Assembly: GCA_964016885.1 (NCBI GenBank) | Contig: OZ024740.1 | Span: forward strand, 416,702,001 to 416,766,000 | Length of the DNA stretch: 64,000 nt | Direction of reading: 5' to 3' | Source of the DNA: Eledone cirrhosa | Lineage: Eukaryota | Part shown: piece after piece, positions 26,001 through 41,555 of the stretch | Position numbering within the stretch: the stretch's first letter is position 1 | How the letters are laid out: the number at the start of each line of letters is the position of its first letter | Program-made: the position numbers and the translations under genes | The notes under the pieces: model-generated | What the model was told of the DNA's origin: nothing | Databases searched by the model: none | Seen by the model: the letters and a program-made list of their open reading frames with translations, nothing else

Positions 26001-29000
26001 TGTCATGAGCCCATATTGGAGTTATATTTACTGTAAGTCTACCTTCTCTTCTAGACAGTTGTCATGAGCCTATATTGGAGTTATATTTACTGTAAGTCTA
26101 CCTTCTCTTCTAGACAGTTGTCATGAGCCTATATTGTAGTTATATTTACTGGAAGTCTACCTTCTCTTCTAGACAGTTGTCATTAGCCTATATTCGAGTT
26201 ATATTTACTGGAAGTCTACCTTCTCTCCTAGACAGTTGTCATGAGCCTATGTTGGTGTTATATTTACTGGAAGTCTACCTTCTCTCCTAGACAGTTGTCA
26301 TGAGCCTATATTGGAGTTATATTTACTAGAAGTCTACCTTCTCTTCTAGACAGTTGTCATCAGCCTATATTGGAGTTATATTCACTGGAAGTCTACCGTC
26401 TCTCCTAGACAGTTGTCATGAGCCTATGTTGGTGTTATATTTACTGGAAGTCTACCTTCTCTCCTAGACAGTTGTCATGAGCCTATATTGGAGTTATATT
26501 TACTGTAAGTCTACCTTCTCTTCTAGACAGTTGTCATGAGCCTATATTGGAGTTATATTTACTGGAAGTCTACCTTCTCTCCTAGACAGTTGTCATGAGC
26601 CTATATTGGAGTTATATTTACTGTAAGTCTACCTTCTTTTCTAGACAGTTGTCATGAGCCTATATTGGAGTTATGTTTACTGGAAGTCTACCTTCTCTTC
26701 TAGACAGTTGTCATGAGCCTATATTGGAGTTATATTTACTGTAAGTCTACCTTCTCTCCTATACAGTTCTCATGAGCCTATATTGGAGTTATATTTACTG
26801 GAAGTCTACCTTCTCTTCTAGACAGTTGTCATGAGCCTATATTGGAGTTATATTTACTGGAAGTCTACCTTCTCTCCTAGACAGTTGTCATGAGCCTATA
26901 TTGGAGTTATATTTACTGTAAGTCTACCTTCTCTTCTAGACAGTTGTCATGAGCCTATATTGGAGTTATATTTACTGTAAGTCTACCTTCTCTTCTAGAC
27001 AGTTGTCATGAGTTTATATTGGAGTTATATTTACTGGAAGTCTACCTTCTCTCCTAGACAGTTGTCATGAGCCTATATTGGAGTTATATTTACTGTAAGT
27101 CTACCTTCTCTTCTAGACAGTTGTCATGAGCCTATATTGAAGTTATATTTACTGGAAGTCTACCTTCTCTTCTAGACAGTTGTCATGAGCCTATATTGGA
27201 GTTATATTTACTGGAAGTCTACCTTCTCTCCTAGACAGTTGTCATGAGCCTATGTTGGTGTTATATTTACTGGAAGTCTACCTTCTCTCCTAGACAGTTG
27301 TCATGAGCCTATATTGGAGTTATATTTACTGGAAGTCTACCTTCTCTTCTAGACAGTTGTCATGAGCCTATATTGGAGTTATATTTACTGGAAGTCTACC
27401 TTCTCTTCTAGACAGTTGTCATGAGCCTATGTTGGGGTTATATTTACTGTAAGTCTACCTTCTCTCCTAGACAGTTGTCATGAGCCTATGTTGGGGTTAT
27501 ATTTACTGTAAGTCTACCTTCTCTTCTAGACAGTTGTCATGAGCCTATATTGGGGGTTATATTTACTGGAAGTCTACCTTCTCTTCTAGACAGTTGTCAT
27601 GAGCCCATATTGGAGTTATATTTACTGTAAGTCTACCTTCCCTTCTAGACAGTTGTCATGAGCCTATATTGGAGTTATATTTACTGGAAGTCTACCTTCT
27701 CTCCTAGACAGTTTTCATGAGCCTATATTGGAGTTATATTTACTGGAAGTCTACCTTCTCTTCTAGACAGTTGTCATGAGCCTATATTCGAGTTATATTT
27801 ACTGGAAGTCTACCTTCTCTCCTAGACAGTTGTCATGAGCCTATGTTGGTGTTATATTTACTGGAAGTCTACCTTCTCTCCTAGACAGTTGTCATGAGCC
27901 TATATTGGAGTTATATTTACTAGAAGTCTACCTTCTCTTCTTGACAGTTGTCATGAGCCTATATTGGAGTTATATTCACTGGAAGTCTACCGTCTCTCCT
28001 AGACAGTTGTCATGAGCCTATGTTGGTGTTATATTTACTGGAAGTCTACCTTCTCTCCTAGACAGTTGTCATGAGCCTATATTGGAGTTATATTTACTGT
28101 AAGTCTACCTTCTCTTCTAGACAGTTGTCATGAGCCTATATTGGCGTTATATTTACTGGAAGTCTACCTTCTCTTCTAGACAGTTGTCATGAGCCTATAT
28201 TGCAATTATATTTACTGGAAGTCTACCTTCTCTCCTAGACAGTTGTCATGAGCCTATATTGGGGGTTATATTTACTGTAAGTCTACCTTCTCTTCTAGAC
28301 AGTTGTCATGAGCCTATATTGGAGTCATATTTACTGTAAGTCTACCTTCTCTTCTAGACAGTTGTCATGAGCCTATATTGGAGTTATATTTACTGTACGT
28401 CTACCTTTTCTTCTAGACAGTTTTCATCAGCCTATATTGCAGTTATATTTACTGGAAGTCTACCTTCAATTCTAGACAGTTGTCATGAGCCTATATTGGA
28501 GTTATATTTACTGGAAGTCTACCTTCTCTCCTAGACAGTTGTCATGTGCCTATATTGGAGTTATATTTACTGTAAGGCTACCTTCTCTTCTAGACAGTTG
28601 TCATGAGCCTATATTCGAGTTATATTTACTGGAAGTCTACCTTCTCTCCTAGACCGTTGTCATGAGCCTATATTGGGGGTTATATTTACTGTAAGTCTAC
28701 CTTCTCTTCTAGACAGTTGTTGTGAGCCTATGTTGGTGTTATATTTACTGGAAGTCTACCTTCTCTTCTAGACAGTTGTCATGAGCCTATATTGGAGTTA
28801 TATTTACTGGAAGTCTACCTTGTCTCCTAGAGAGTTGTCATGAGCCTATATTGGAGTTATATTTACTGGAAGTCTACCTTCTCTTCTAGACAGTTGTCAT
28901 GCGCCTATATTGGAGTTATATTTACTGTAAGTCTACCTTCTCTTCTAGACAGTTGTCATGAGCCTATATTGGAGTTATATTTACTGGAAGTCTACCTTCT

Positions 29001-32000
29001 CTCCTAGACAGTTGTCATGAGCCTATATTGGAGTTATATTTACTGGAAGTCTACCTTCTCTTCTAGACAGTTGTCATGAGCCCATATTGGAGTTATATTT
29101 ACTGTAAGTCTACCTTCTCTTCTAGACAGTTGTCATGAGCCTATATTGGAGTTATATTTACTGGAAGTCTACCTTCTCTCCTAGACAGTTTTCATGAGCC
29201 TATATTGGAGTTATATTTACTGTAAGTCTACCTTCTCTTCTAGACAGTTGTCATGAGCCTATATTGGAGTTATATTTACTGGAAGTCTACCTTCTCTTCT
29301 AGACAGTTGTCATGAGCCTATATTCGAGTTATATTTACTGGAAGTCTACCTTCTCTCCTAGACAGTTGTCATGAGCCTATGTTGGTGTTATATTTACTGG
29401 AAGTCTACCTTCTCTCCTAGACAGTTGTCATGAGCCTATATTGGAGTTATATTTACTAGAAGTCTACCTTCTCTTCTTGACAGTTGTCATGAGCCTATAT
29501 TGGAGTTATATTCACTGGAAGTCTACCGTCTCTCCTAGACAGTTGTCATGAGCCTATGTTGGTGTTATATTTACTGGAAGTCTACCTTCTCTCCTAGACA
29601 GTTGTCATGAGCCTATATTGGAGTTATATTTACTGTAAGTCTACCTTCTCTTCTAGACAGTTGTCATGAGCCTATATTGGAGTTATATTTACTGGAAGTC
29701 TACCTTCTCTCCTAGACAGTTGTCATGAGCCTATATTGGAGTTATATTTACTGTAAGTCTACCTTCTTTTCTAGACAGTTGTCATGAGCCTATATTGGAG
29801 TTATATTTACTGGAAGTCTACCTTCTCTTCTAGACAGTTGTCATGAGCCTATATTGGAGTTATATTTACTGTAAGTCTACCTTCTCTCCTATACAGTTCT
29901 CATGAGCTTATATTGGAGTTATATTTACTGGAAGTCTACCTTCTCTTCTAGACAGTTGTCATGAGCCTATATTGGAGTTATATTTACTGGAAGTCTACCT
30001 TCTCTCCTAGACAGTTGTCATGAGCCTATATTGGAGTTATATTTACTGTAAGTCTACCTCCTCTTCTAGACAGTTGTCATGAGCCTATATTGGAGTTATA
30101 GTTACCGGAAGTCTACCTTCTCTTCTAGACAGTTGTCATGAGCCTATATTGGAGTTATATTTACTGGAAGTCTACCGTCTCTCCTAGAAAGTTGTCATGA
30201 GTCTATGTTGGTGTTATATTTACTGTAAGTCTACCTTCTCTTCTAAACAGTTGTCATGAGCCTATATTGGAGTTATATTTACTGGAAGTCTACCTTCTCT
30301 TCTAGACAGTTGTCATGAGCCTATGTTGGGGTTATATTTACTGTAAGTCTACCTTCTCTCCTAGACAGTTGTCATGAGCTTATGTTGGGGTTATATTTAC
30401 TGTAAGTCTACCTTCTCTCCTAGACAGTTGTCATGAGCCTATATTGGGGGTTATATTTACTGGAAGTCTACCTTCTCTCCTAGACAGTTGTCATGAGCCT
30501 ATATTGGGGGTTATATTTACTGTAAGTCTACCTTCTCTTCTAGACAGTTGTCATGAGCCTATATTGGAGTTATATTTAATGGAAGTCTACCTTCTCTTCT
30601 AGACAGTTGTTGTTAGCCTATGTTGGTGTTATATTTACTGTAAGTCTACCTTCTCTCCTAGACAGTTGTCATGAGCCTATATTGGAGTTATATTTACTGG
30701 AAGTCTACCTTCTCTTCTAGACAGTTGTCATGAGCCTATATTGGAGTTATATTTACTGTAAGTCTACCTTCTCTTCTAGACAGTTGTCATGAGCCTATAT
30801 TGGAGTTATATTTACTGGAAGTCTACCTTCTCTTCTAGACAGTTGTCATGAGCCTATATTGCAATTATATTTACTGGAAGTCTACCTTCTCTCCTAGACA
30901 GTTGTCATGAGCCTATATTGGGGGTTATATTTACTGTAAGTCTACCTTCTCTTCTAGACAGTTGTCATGAGCCTATATTGGAGTCATATTTACTGTAAGT
31001 CTACCTTCTCTTCTAGACAGTTGTCATGAGCCTATATTGGAGTTATATTTACTGTACGTCTACCTTTTCTTCTAGACAGTTTTCATGAGCCTATATTGGA
31101 GTTATATTTACTGGAAGTCTACCTTCTCTTCTAGACAGTTGTCATGAGCCTATATTGGAGTTATATTTACTGTATGTCTACCTTCTCTCCTATACAGTTG
31201 TCATGACCCTATATTGGAGTTATATTTACTGGAAGTCTACCTTCAATTCTAGACAGTTGTCATGAGCCTATATTGGAGTTATATTTACTGGAAGTCTACC
31301 TTCTCTCCTAGACAGTTGTCATGTGCCTATATTGGAGTTATATTTACTGTAAGGCTACCTTCTCTTCTAGACAGTTGTCATGAGCCTATATTCGAGTTAT
31401 ATTTACTGGAAGTCTACCTTCTCTCCTAGACCGTTGTCATGAGCCTATATTGGGGGTTATATTTACTGTAAGTCTACCTTCTCTTCTAGACAGTTGTTGT
31501 GAGCCTATGTTGGTGTTATATTTACTGGAAGTCTACCTTCTCTTCTAGACAGTTGTCATGCGCCTATATTGGAGTTATATTTACTGTAAGTCTACCTTCT
31601 CTTCTAGACAGTTGTCATGAGCCTATATTGGAGTTATATTTACTGGAAGTCTACCTTCTCTCCTAGACAGTTGTCATGAGCCTATATTGGAGTTATATTT
31701 ACTGGAAGTCTACCTTCTCTTCTAGACAGTTGTCATGAGCCCATATTGGAGTTATATTTACTGTAAGTCTACCTTCTCTTCTAGACAGTTGTCATGAGCC
31801 TATATTGGAGTTATATTTACTGGAAGTCTACCTTCTCTCCGAGACAGTTTTCATGAGCCTATATTGGAGTTATATTTACTGTAAGTCTACCTTCTCTTCT
31901 AGACAGTTGTCATGAGCCTATATTGGAGTTATATTTACTGGAAGTCTACCTTCTCTTCTAGACAGTTTTCATGAGCCTATATTCGAGTTATATTTACTGG

Positions 32001-34029
32001 AAGTCTACCTTCTCTCCTAGACAGTTTTCATGAGCCTATGTTGGTGTTATATTTACTGGAAGTCTACCTTCTCTCCTAGACAGTTGTCATGAGCCTATAT
32101 TGGAGTTATATTTACTAGAAGTCTACCTTCTCTTCTAGACAGTTGTCATGAGCCTATATTGGAGTTATATTCACTGGAAGTCTACCGTCTCTCCTAGACA
32201 GTTGTCACGAGCCTATGTTGGTGTTATATTTACTGGAAGTCTACCTTCTCTCCTAGACAGTTGTCATGAGCCTATATTGGAGTTATATTTACTGTAAGTC
32301 TACCTTCTCTTCTAGACAGTTGTCATGAGCCTATATTGGAGTTATATTTACTGGAAGTCTACCTTCTCTCCTAGACAGTTGTCATGAGCCTATATTGGAG
32401 TTATATTTACTGTAAGTCTACCTTCTTTTCTAGACAGTTGTCATGAGCCTATATTGGAGTTATATTTACTGGAAGTCTACCTTCTCTTCTAGACAGTTGT
32501 CATGAGCCTATATTGGAGTTATATTTACTGTAAGTCTACCTTCTCTCCTATACAGTTCTCATGAGCCTATATTGGAGTTATATTTACTGGAAGTCTACCT
32601 TCTCTTCTAGACAGTTGTCATGAGCCTATATTGGAGTTCTATTTACTGTAAGTCTACCTTCTCTCCTAGACAGTTGTCATGAGCCTATATTGGAGTTATA
32701 TTTACTGTAAGTCTACTTTCTCTTCTAGACAGTTGTCATGAGCCTATATTGGAGTTATATTTACTGGAAGTCTACCTTCTCTTCTAGACAGTTGTCATGA
32801 GCCTATATTGGAGTTATATTTACTGGAAGTCTACCGTCTCTCCTAGACAGTTGTCATGAGCCTATGTTGGTGTTATATTTACTGTAAGTCTACCTTCTCT
32901 TCTAAACAGTTGTCATGAGCCTATATTGGAGTTATATTTACTGGAAGTCTACCTTCTCTTCTAGACAGTTGTCATGAGCCTATGTTGGGGTTATATTTAC
33001 TGTAAGTCTACCTTCTCTCCTAGACAGTTGTCATGAGCTTATGTTGGGGTTATATTTACTGTAAGTCTACCTTCTCTCCTAGACAGTTGTCATGAGCCTA
33101 TATTGGGGGTTATATTTACTGTAAGTCTACCTTCTCTTCTAGACAGTTGTCATGAGCCTATATTGGAGTTATATTTACTGGAAGTCTACCTTCTCTTCTA
33201 GACAGTTGTTGTGAGCCTATGTTGGTGTTATATTTACTGTAAGTCTACCTTCTCTCCTAGACAGTTGTCATGAGCCTATATTGGAGTTATATTTACTGGA
33301 AGTCTACCTTCTCTTCTAGACAGTTGTCATGAGCCTATATTGGAGTTATATTTACTGTAAGTCTACCTTCTCTTCTAGACAGTTTTCATGAGCCTATATT
33401 GGAGTTATATTTACTGGAAGTCTACCTTCTCTTCTAGACAGTTGTCATGAGCCTATATTGCAATTATATTTACTGGAAGTCTACCTTCTCTCCTAGACAG
33501 TTGTCATGAGCCTATATTGGGGGTTATATTTACTGTAAGTCTACCTTCTCTTCTAGACAGTTGTCATGAGCCTATATTGGAGTCATATTTACTGTAAGTC
33601 TACCTTCTCTTCTAGACAGTTGTCATGAGCCTATATTGGAGTTATATTTACTGTACGTCTACCTTTTCTTCTAGACAGTTTTCATGAGCCTATATTGGAG
33701 TTATATTTACTGGAAGTCTACCTTCTCTTCTAGACAGTTGTCATGAGCCTATATTGGAGTTATATTTACTGTATGTCTACCTTCTCTCCTATACAGTTGT
33801 CATGACCCTATATTGGAGTTATATTTACTGGAAGTCTACCTTCAATTCTAGACAGTTTTCATGAGCCTATATTGGAGTTATATTTACTGGAAGTCTACCT
33901 TCTCTTCTAGACAGTTGTCATGAGCCTATATTGCAATTATATTTACTGGAAGTCTACCTTCTCTCCTAGACAGTTGTCATGAGCCTATATTGGGGGTTAT
34001 ATTTACTGTAAGTCTACCTTCTCTTCTAG

Positions 34030-37000
34030 ACAGTTGTCATGAGCCTATATTGGAGTCATATTTACTGTAAGTCTACCTTCTCTTCTAGACAGTTGTCATG
34101 AGCCTATATTGGAGTTATATTTACTGTACGTCTACCTTTTCTTCTAGACAGTTTTCATGAGCCTATATTGGAGTTATATTTACTGGAAGTCTACCTTCTC
34201 TTCTAGACAGTTGTCATGAGCCTATATTGGAGTTATATTTACTGCATGTCTACCTTCTCTCCTATACAGTTGTCATGACCCTATATTGGAGTTATATTTA
34301 CTGGAAGTTTACCTTCTCTCCTAGACAGTTGTCATGTGCCTATATTGGAGTTATATTTACTGTAAGGCTACCTTCTCTTCTAGACAGTTGTCATGAGCCT
34401 ATATTCGAGTTATATTTACTGGAAGTCTACCTTCTCTCCTAGACCGTTGTCATGAGCCTATATTGGGGGTTATATTTACTGTAAGTCTACCTTCTCTTCT
34501 AGACAGTTGTTGTGAGCCTATGTTGGTGTTATATTTACTGGAAGTCTACCTTCTCTTCTAGACAGTTGTCATGAGCCTATATTGGAGTTATATTTACTGG
34601 AAGTCTACCTTCTCTTCTAGACAGTTGTCATGAGCCTATATTGGAGTTATATTTACTGTACGTCTACCTTTTCTTCTAGACAGTTGTCATGCGCCTATAT
34701 TGGAGTTATATTTACTGTAAGTCTACCTTCTCTTCTAGACAGTTGTCATGAGCCTATATTGGAGTTATATTTACTGGAAGTCTACCTTCTCTCCTAGACA
34801 GTTGTCATGAGCCTATATTGGAGTTATATTTACTGGAAGTCTACCTTCTCTTCTAGACAGTTGTCATGAGCCCATATTGGAGTTATATTTACTGTAAGTC
34901 TACCTTCTCTCCTAGACAGTTGTCATGAGCCTATGTTGGTGTTATATTTACTGGAAGTCTACCTTCTCTCCTAGACAGTTGTCATGAGCCTATATTGGAG
35001 TTATATTTACTGGAAGTCTACCTTCTCTCCTAGACAGTTGTCATTAGCCTATATTGGAGTTATATTTACTGTAAGTCTACCTTCTTTTCTAGACAGTTGT
35101 CATGAGCCTATATTGGAGTTATATTTACTGGAAGTCTACCTTCTCTTCTAGACAGTTGTCATGAGCCTATATTGGAGTTATATTTACTGTAAGTCTACCT
35201 TCTCTCCTATACAGTTGTCATGAGCCTATATTGGAGTTATATTTACTGGAAGTCTACCTTCTCTTCTAGACAGTTGTCATGAGCCTATATTGGAGTTATA
35301 TTTACTGGAAGTCTACCTTCTCTCCTAGACAGTTGTCTTGAGCCTATATTGGAGTTATATTTACTGTAAGTCTACCTTCTCTTCTAGACAGTTGTCATGA
35401 GCCGATATTGGAGTTATATTTACTGGAAGTCTACCTTCTCTTCTAGACAGTTGTCATGAGCCTATATTGGAGTTATATTTACTGGAAGTCTACCGTCTCT
35501 CCTAGACAGTTGTCATGAGCCTATGTTGGTGTTATATTTACTGTAAGTCTACCTTCTCTTCTAGACAGTTGTCATGAGCCTATATTGGAGTTATATTTAC
35601 TGGAAGTCTACCTTCTCTTCTAGACAGTTGTCATGAGCCTATGTTGGGGTTATATTTACTGTAAGTCTACCTTCTCTCCTAGACAGTTGTCATGAGCCTA
35701 TGTTGGGGTTATATTTACTGTAAGTCTACCTTCTCTCCTAGACAGTTGTCATGAGCCTATATTGGGGGTTATATTTACTGGAAGTCTACCTTCTCTCCTA
35801 GACAGTTGTCATGAGCCTATATTGGGGGTTATATTTACTGTAAGTCTACCTTCTCTTCTAGACAGTTGTCATGAGCCTATATTGGAGTTATATTTACTGG
35901 AAGTCTACCTTCTCTTCTAGACAGTTGTTGTGAGCCTATGTTGGTGTTATATTTACTGTAAGTCTACCTTCTCTCCTAGACAGTTGTCATGAGCCTATAT
36001 TGGAGTTATATTTACTGTACGTCTACCTTTTCTTCTAGACAGTTTTCATGAGCCTATATTGGAGTTATATTTACTGGAAGTCTACCTTCTCTTCTAGACA
36101 GTTGTCATGAGCCTATATTGGAGTTATATTTACTGTATGTCTACCTTCTCTCCTATACAGTTGTCATGACCCTATATTGGAGTTATATTTACTGGAAGTC
36201 TACCTTCAATTCTAGACAGTTGTCATGAGCCTATATTGGAGTTATATTTACTGGAAGTTTACCTTCTCTCCTAGACAGTTGTCATGTGCCTATATTGGAG
36301 TTATATTTACTGTAAGGCTACCTTCTCTTCTAGACAGTTGTCATGAGCCTATATTCGAGTTATATTTACTGGAAGTCTACCTTCTCTCCTAGACCGTTGT
36401 CATGAGCCTATATTGGGGGTTATATTTACTGTAAGTCTACCTTCTCTTCTAGACAGTTGTTGTGAGCCTATGTTGGTGTTATATTTACTGGAAGTCTACC
36501 TTCTCTTCTAGACAGTTGTCATGAGCCTATATTGGAGTTATATTTACTGGAAGTCTACCTTCTCTCCTAGACAGTTGTCATGAGCCTATACTGGAGTTAT
36601 ATTTACTGTAAGTCTACCTTCTCTTCTAGACAGTTGTCATGAGCCTATATTGGAGTTATATTTACTGGAAGTCTACCTTCTCTTCTAGACAGTTGTCATG
36701 AGCCTATATTGGAGTTATATTTACTGGAAGTCTACCTTGTCTCCTAGACAGTTGTCATGAGCCTATATTGGAGTTATATTTACTGGAAGTCTACCTTCTC
36801 TTCTAGACAGTTGTCATGCGCCTATATTGGAGTTATATTTACTGTAAGTCTACCTTCTCTTCTAGACAGTTGTCATGAGCCTCTATTGGAGTTATATTTA
36901 CTGGAAGTCTACCTTCTCTCCTAGACAGTTGTCATGAGCCTATATTGGAGTTATATTTACTGGAAGTCTACCTTCTCTTCTAGACAGTTGTCATGAGCCC

Positions 37001-40000
37001 ATATTGGAGTTATATTTACTGTAAGTCTACCTTTTCTCCTAGACAGTTGTCATGAGCCTATGTTGGTGTTATATTTACTGGAAGTCTACCTTCTCTCCTA
37101 GACAGTTGTCATGAGCCTATATTGGAGTTATATTTACTGTAAGTCTACCTTCTCTTCTAGACAGTTGTCATGAGCCTATATTGGAGTTATATTTACTGGA
37201 AGTCTACCTTCTCTCCTAGACAGTTGTCATGAGCCTATATTGGAGTTATATTTACTGTAAGTCTACCTTCTTTTCTAGACAGTTGTCATGAGCCTATATT
37301 GGAGTTATATTTACTGTAAGTCTACCTTCTCTTCTAGACAGTTTTCATGAGCCTATATTGGAGTTATATTTACTGTAAGTCTACCTTCTCTCCTATACAG
37401 TTCTCATGAGCCTATATTGGAGTTATATTTACTGGAAGTCTACCTTCTCTTCTAGACAGTTGTCATGAGCCTATATTGGAGTTATATTTACTGGAAGTCT
37501 ACCTTCTCTCCTAGACAGTTGTCTTGAGCCTATATTGGAGTTATATTTACTGTAAGTCTACCTTCTCTTCTAGACAGTTGTCATGAGCCGATATTGGAGT
37601 TATATTTACTGGAAGTCTACCTTCTCTTCTAGACAGTTGTCATGAGCCTATATTGGAGTTATATTTACTGGAAGTCTACCGTCTCTCCTAGACAGTTGTC
37701 ATGAGCCTATGTTGGTGTTATATTTACTGTAAGTCTACCTTCTCTTCTAGACAGTTGTCATGAGCCTATATTGGAGTCATATTTACTGTAAGTCTACCTT
37801 CTCTTCTAGACAGTTGTCATGAGCCTATATTGGAGTTATATTTACTGTACGTCTACCTTTTCTTCTAGACAGTTTTCATGAGCCTATATTGGAGTTATAT
37901 TTACTGGAAGTCTACCTTCTCTTCTAGACAGTTGTCATGAGCCTATATTGGAGTTATATTTACTGTATGTCTACCTTCTCTCCTATACAGTTGTCATGAC
38001 CCTATATTGGAGTTATATTTACTGGAAGTTTACCTTCTCTCCTAGACAGTTGTCATGTGCCTATATTGGAGTTATATTTACTGTAAGGCTACCTTCTCTT
38101 CTAGACAGTTGTCATGAGCCTATATTCGAGTTATATTTACTGGAAGTCTACCTTCTCTCCTAGACCGTTGTCATGAGCCTATATTGGGGGTTATATTTAC
38201 TGTAAGTCTACCTTCTCTTCTAGACAGTTGTTGTGAGCCTATGTTGGTGTTATATTTACTGGAAGTCTACCTTCTCTTCTAGACAGTTGTCATGAGCCTA
38301 TATTGGAGTTATATTTACTGGAAGTCTACCTTCTCTTCTAGACAGTTGTCATGAGCCTATATTGGAGTTATATTTACTGGAAGTCTACCTTGTCTCCTAG
38401 ACAGTTGTCATGAGCCTATATTGGAGTTATATTTACTGGAAGTCTACCTTCTCTTCTAGACAGTTGTCATGCGCCTATATTGGAGTTATATTTACTGTAA
38501 GTCTACCTTCTCTTCTAGACAGTTGTCATGAGCCTATATTGGAGTTATATTTACTGGAAGTCTACCTTCTCTCCTAGACAGTTGTCATGAGCCTATATTG
38601 GAGTTATATTTACTGGAAGTCTACCTTCTCTTCTAGACAGTTGTCATGAGCCCATATTGGAGTTATATTTACTGTAAGTCTACCTTCTCTCCTAGACAGT
38701 TGTCATGAGCCTATGTTGGTGTTATATTTACTGGAAGTCTACCTTCTCTCCTAGACAGTTGTCATGAGCCTATATTGGAGTTATATTTACTTGAAGTCTA
38801 CCTTCTCTCCTAGACAGTTGTCATGAGCCTATATTGGAGTTATATTTACTGTAAGTCTACCTTCTTTTCTAGACAGTTGTCATGAGCCTATATTGGAGTT
38901 ATATTTACTGGAAGTCTACCTTCTCTTCTAGACAGTTGTCATGAGCCTATATTGGAGTTATATTTACTGTAAGTCTACCTTCTCTCCTATACAGTTCTCA
39001 TGAGCCTATATTGGAGTTATATTTACTGGAAGTCTACCTTCTCTTCTAGACAGTTGTCATGAGCCTATATTGGAGTTATATTTACTGGAAGTCTACCTTC
39101 TCTCCTAGACAGTTGTCTTGAGCCTATATTGGAGTTATATTTACTGTAAGTCTACCTTCTCTTCTAGACAGTTGTCATGAGCCGATATTGGAGTTATATT
39201 TACTGGAAGTCTACCTTCTCTTCTAGACAGTTGTCATGAGCCTATATTGGAGTTATATTTACTGGAAGTCTACCGTCTCTCCTAGACAGTTGTCATGAGC
39301 CTATGTTGGTGTTATATTTACTGTAAGTCTACCTTCTCTTCTAGACAGTTGTCATGAGCCTATATTGGAGTTATATTTACTGGAAGTCTACCTTCTCTTC
39401 TAGACAGTTGTCATGAGCCTATGTTGGGGTTATATTTACTGTAAGTCTACCTTCTCTCCTAGACAGTTGTCATGAGCCTATGTTGGGGTTATATTTACTG
39501 TAAGTCTACCTTCTCTCCTAGACAGTTGTCATGAGCCTATATTGGGGGTTATATTTACTGGAAGTCTACCTTCTCTCCTAGACAGTTGTCATGAGCCTAT
39601 ATTGGGGGTTATATTTACTGTAAGTCTACCTTCTCTTCTAGACAGTTGTCATGAGCCTATATTGGAGTTATATTTACTGGAAGTCTACCTTCTCTTCTAG
39701 ACAGTTGTTGTGAGCCTATGTTGGTGTTATATTTACTGTAAGTCTACCTTCTCTCCTAGACAGTTGTCATGAGCCTATATTGGAGTTATATTTACTGTAC
39801 GTCTACCTTTTCTTCTAGACAGTTTTCATGAGCCTATATTGGAGTTATATTTACTGGAAGTCTACCTTCTCTTCTAGACAGTTGTCATGAGCCTATATTG
39901 GAGTTATATTTACTGTATGTCTACCTTCTCTCCTATACAGTTGTCATGACCCTATATTGGAGTTATATTTACTGGAAGTCTACCTTCAATTCTAGACAGT

Positions 40001-41555
40001 TGTCATGAGCCTATATTGGAGTTATATTTACTGGAAGTTTACCTTCTCTCCTAGACAGTTGTCATGTGCCTATATTGGAGTTATATTTACTGTAAGGCTA
40101 CCTTCTCTTCTAGACAGTTGTCATGAGCCTATATTCGAGTTATATTTACTGGAAGTCTACCTTCTCTCCTAGACCGTTGTCATGAGCCTATATTGGGGGT
40201 TATATTTACTGTAAGTCTACCTTCTCTTCTAGACAGTTGTTGTGAGCCTATGTTGGTGTTATATTTACTGGAAGTCTACCTTCTCTTCTAGACAGTTGTC
40301 ATGAGCCTATATTGGAGTTATATTTACTGGAAGTCTACCTTCTCTCCTAGACAGTTGTCATGAGCCTATACTGGAGTTATATTTACTGTAAGTCTACCTT
40401 CTCTTCTAGACAGTTGTCATGAGCCTATATTGGAGTTATATTTACTGGAAGTCTACCTTCTCTTCTAGACAGTTGTCATGAGCCTATATTGGAGTTATAT
40501 TTACTGGAAGTCTACCTTGTCTCCTAGACAGTTGTCATGAGCCTATATTGGAGTTATATTTACTGGAAGTCTACCTTCTCTTCTAGACAGTTGTCATGCG
40601 CCTATATTGGAGTTATATTTACTGTAAGTCTACCTTCTCTTCTAGACAGTTGTCATGAGCCTATATTGGAGTTATATTTACTGGAAGTCTACCTTCTCTC
40701 CTAGACAGTTGTCATGAGCCTATATTGGAGTTATATTTACTGGAAGTCTACCTTCTCTTCTAGACAGTTGTCATGAGCCCATATTGGAGTTATATTTACT
40801 GTAAGTCTACCTTTTCTCCTAGACAGTTGTCATGAGCCTATGTTGGTGTTATATTTACTGGAAGTCTACCTTCTCTCCTAGACAGTTGTCATGAGCCTAT
40901 ATTGGAGTTATATTTACTGTAAGTCTACCTTCTCTTCTAGACAGTTGTCATGAGCCTATATTGGAGTTATATTTACTGGAAGTCTACCTTCTCTCCTAGA
41001 CAGTTGTCATGAGCCTATATTGGAGTTATATTTACTGTAAGTCTACCTTCTTTTCTAGACAGTTGTCATGAGCCTATATTGGAGTTATATTTACTGTAAG
41101 TCTACCTTCTCTTCTAGACAGTTTTCATGAGCCTATATTGGAGTTATATTTACTGTAAGTCTACCTTCTCTCCTATACAGTTTTCATGAGCCTATATTGG
41201 AGTTATATTTACTGGAAGTCTACCTTCTCTTCTAGACAGTTGTCATGAGCCTATATTGGAGTTATATTTACTGGAAGTCTACCTTCTCTCCTAGACAGTT
41301 GTCTTGAGCCTATATTGGAGTTATATTTACTGTAAGTCTACCTTCTCTTCTAGACAGTTGTCATGAGCCGATATTGGAGTTATATTTACTGGAAGTCTAC
41401 CTTCTCTTCTAGACAGTTGTCATGAGCCTATATTGGAGTTATATTTACTGGAAGTCTACCGTCTCTCCTAGACAGTTGTCATGAGCCTATGTTGGTGTTA
41501 TATTTACTGTAAGTCTACCTTCTCTTCTAGACAGTTGTCATGAGCCTATATTGGA
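34030..41555. repeat. Tandem block duplication, period 3721 then 3780 bp (63/64 monomers)
   Basis: Near-identical ORFs start at 34227 and 37948 (+3721). Downstream markers recur at +3780: gtcttgag 35331/39111, gccgat 35401/39181, ggaagttt in lines 36241/40021, tatactgg 36591/40371. Confidence 0.88.
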
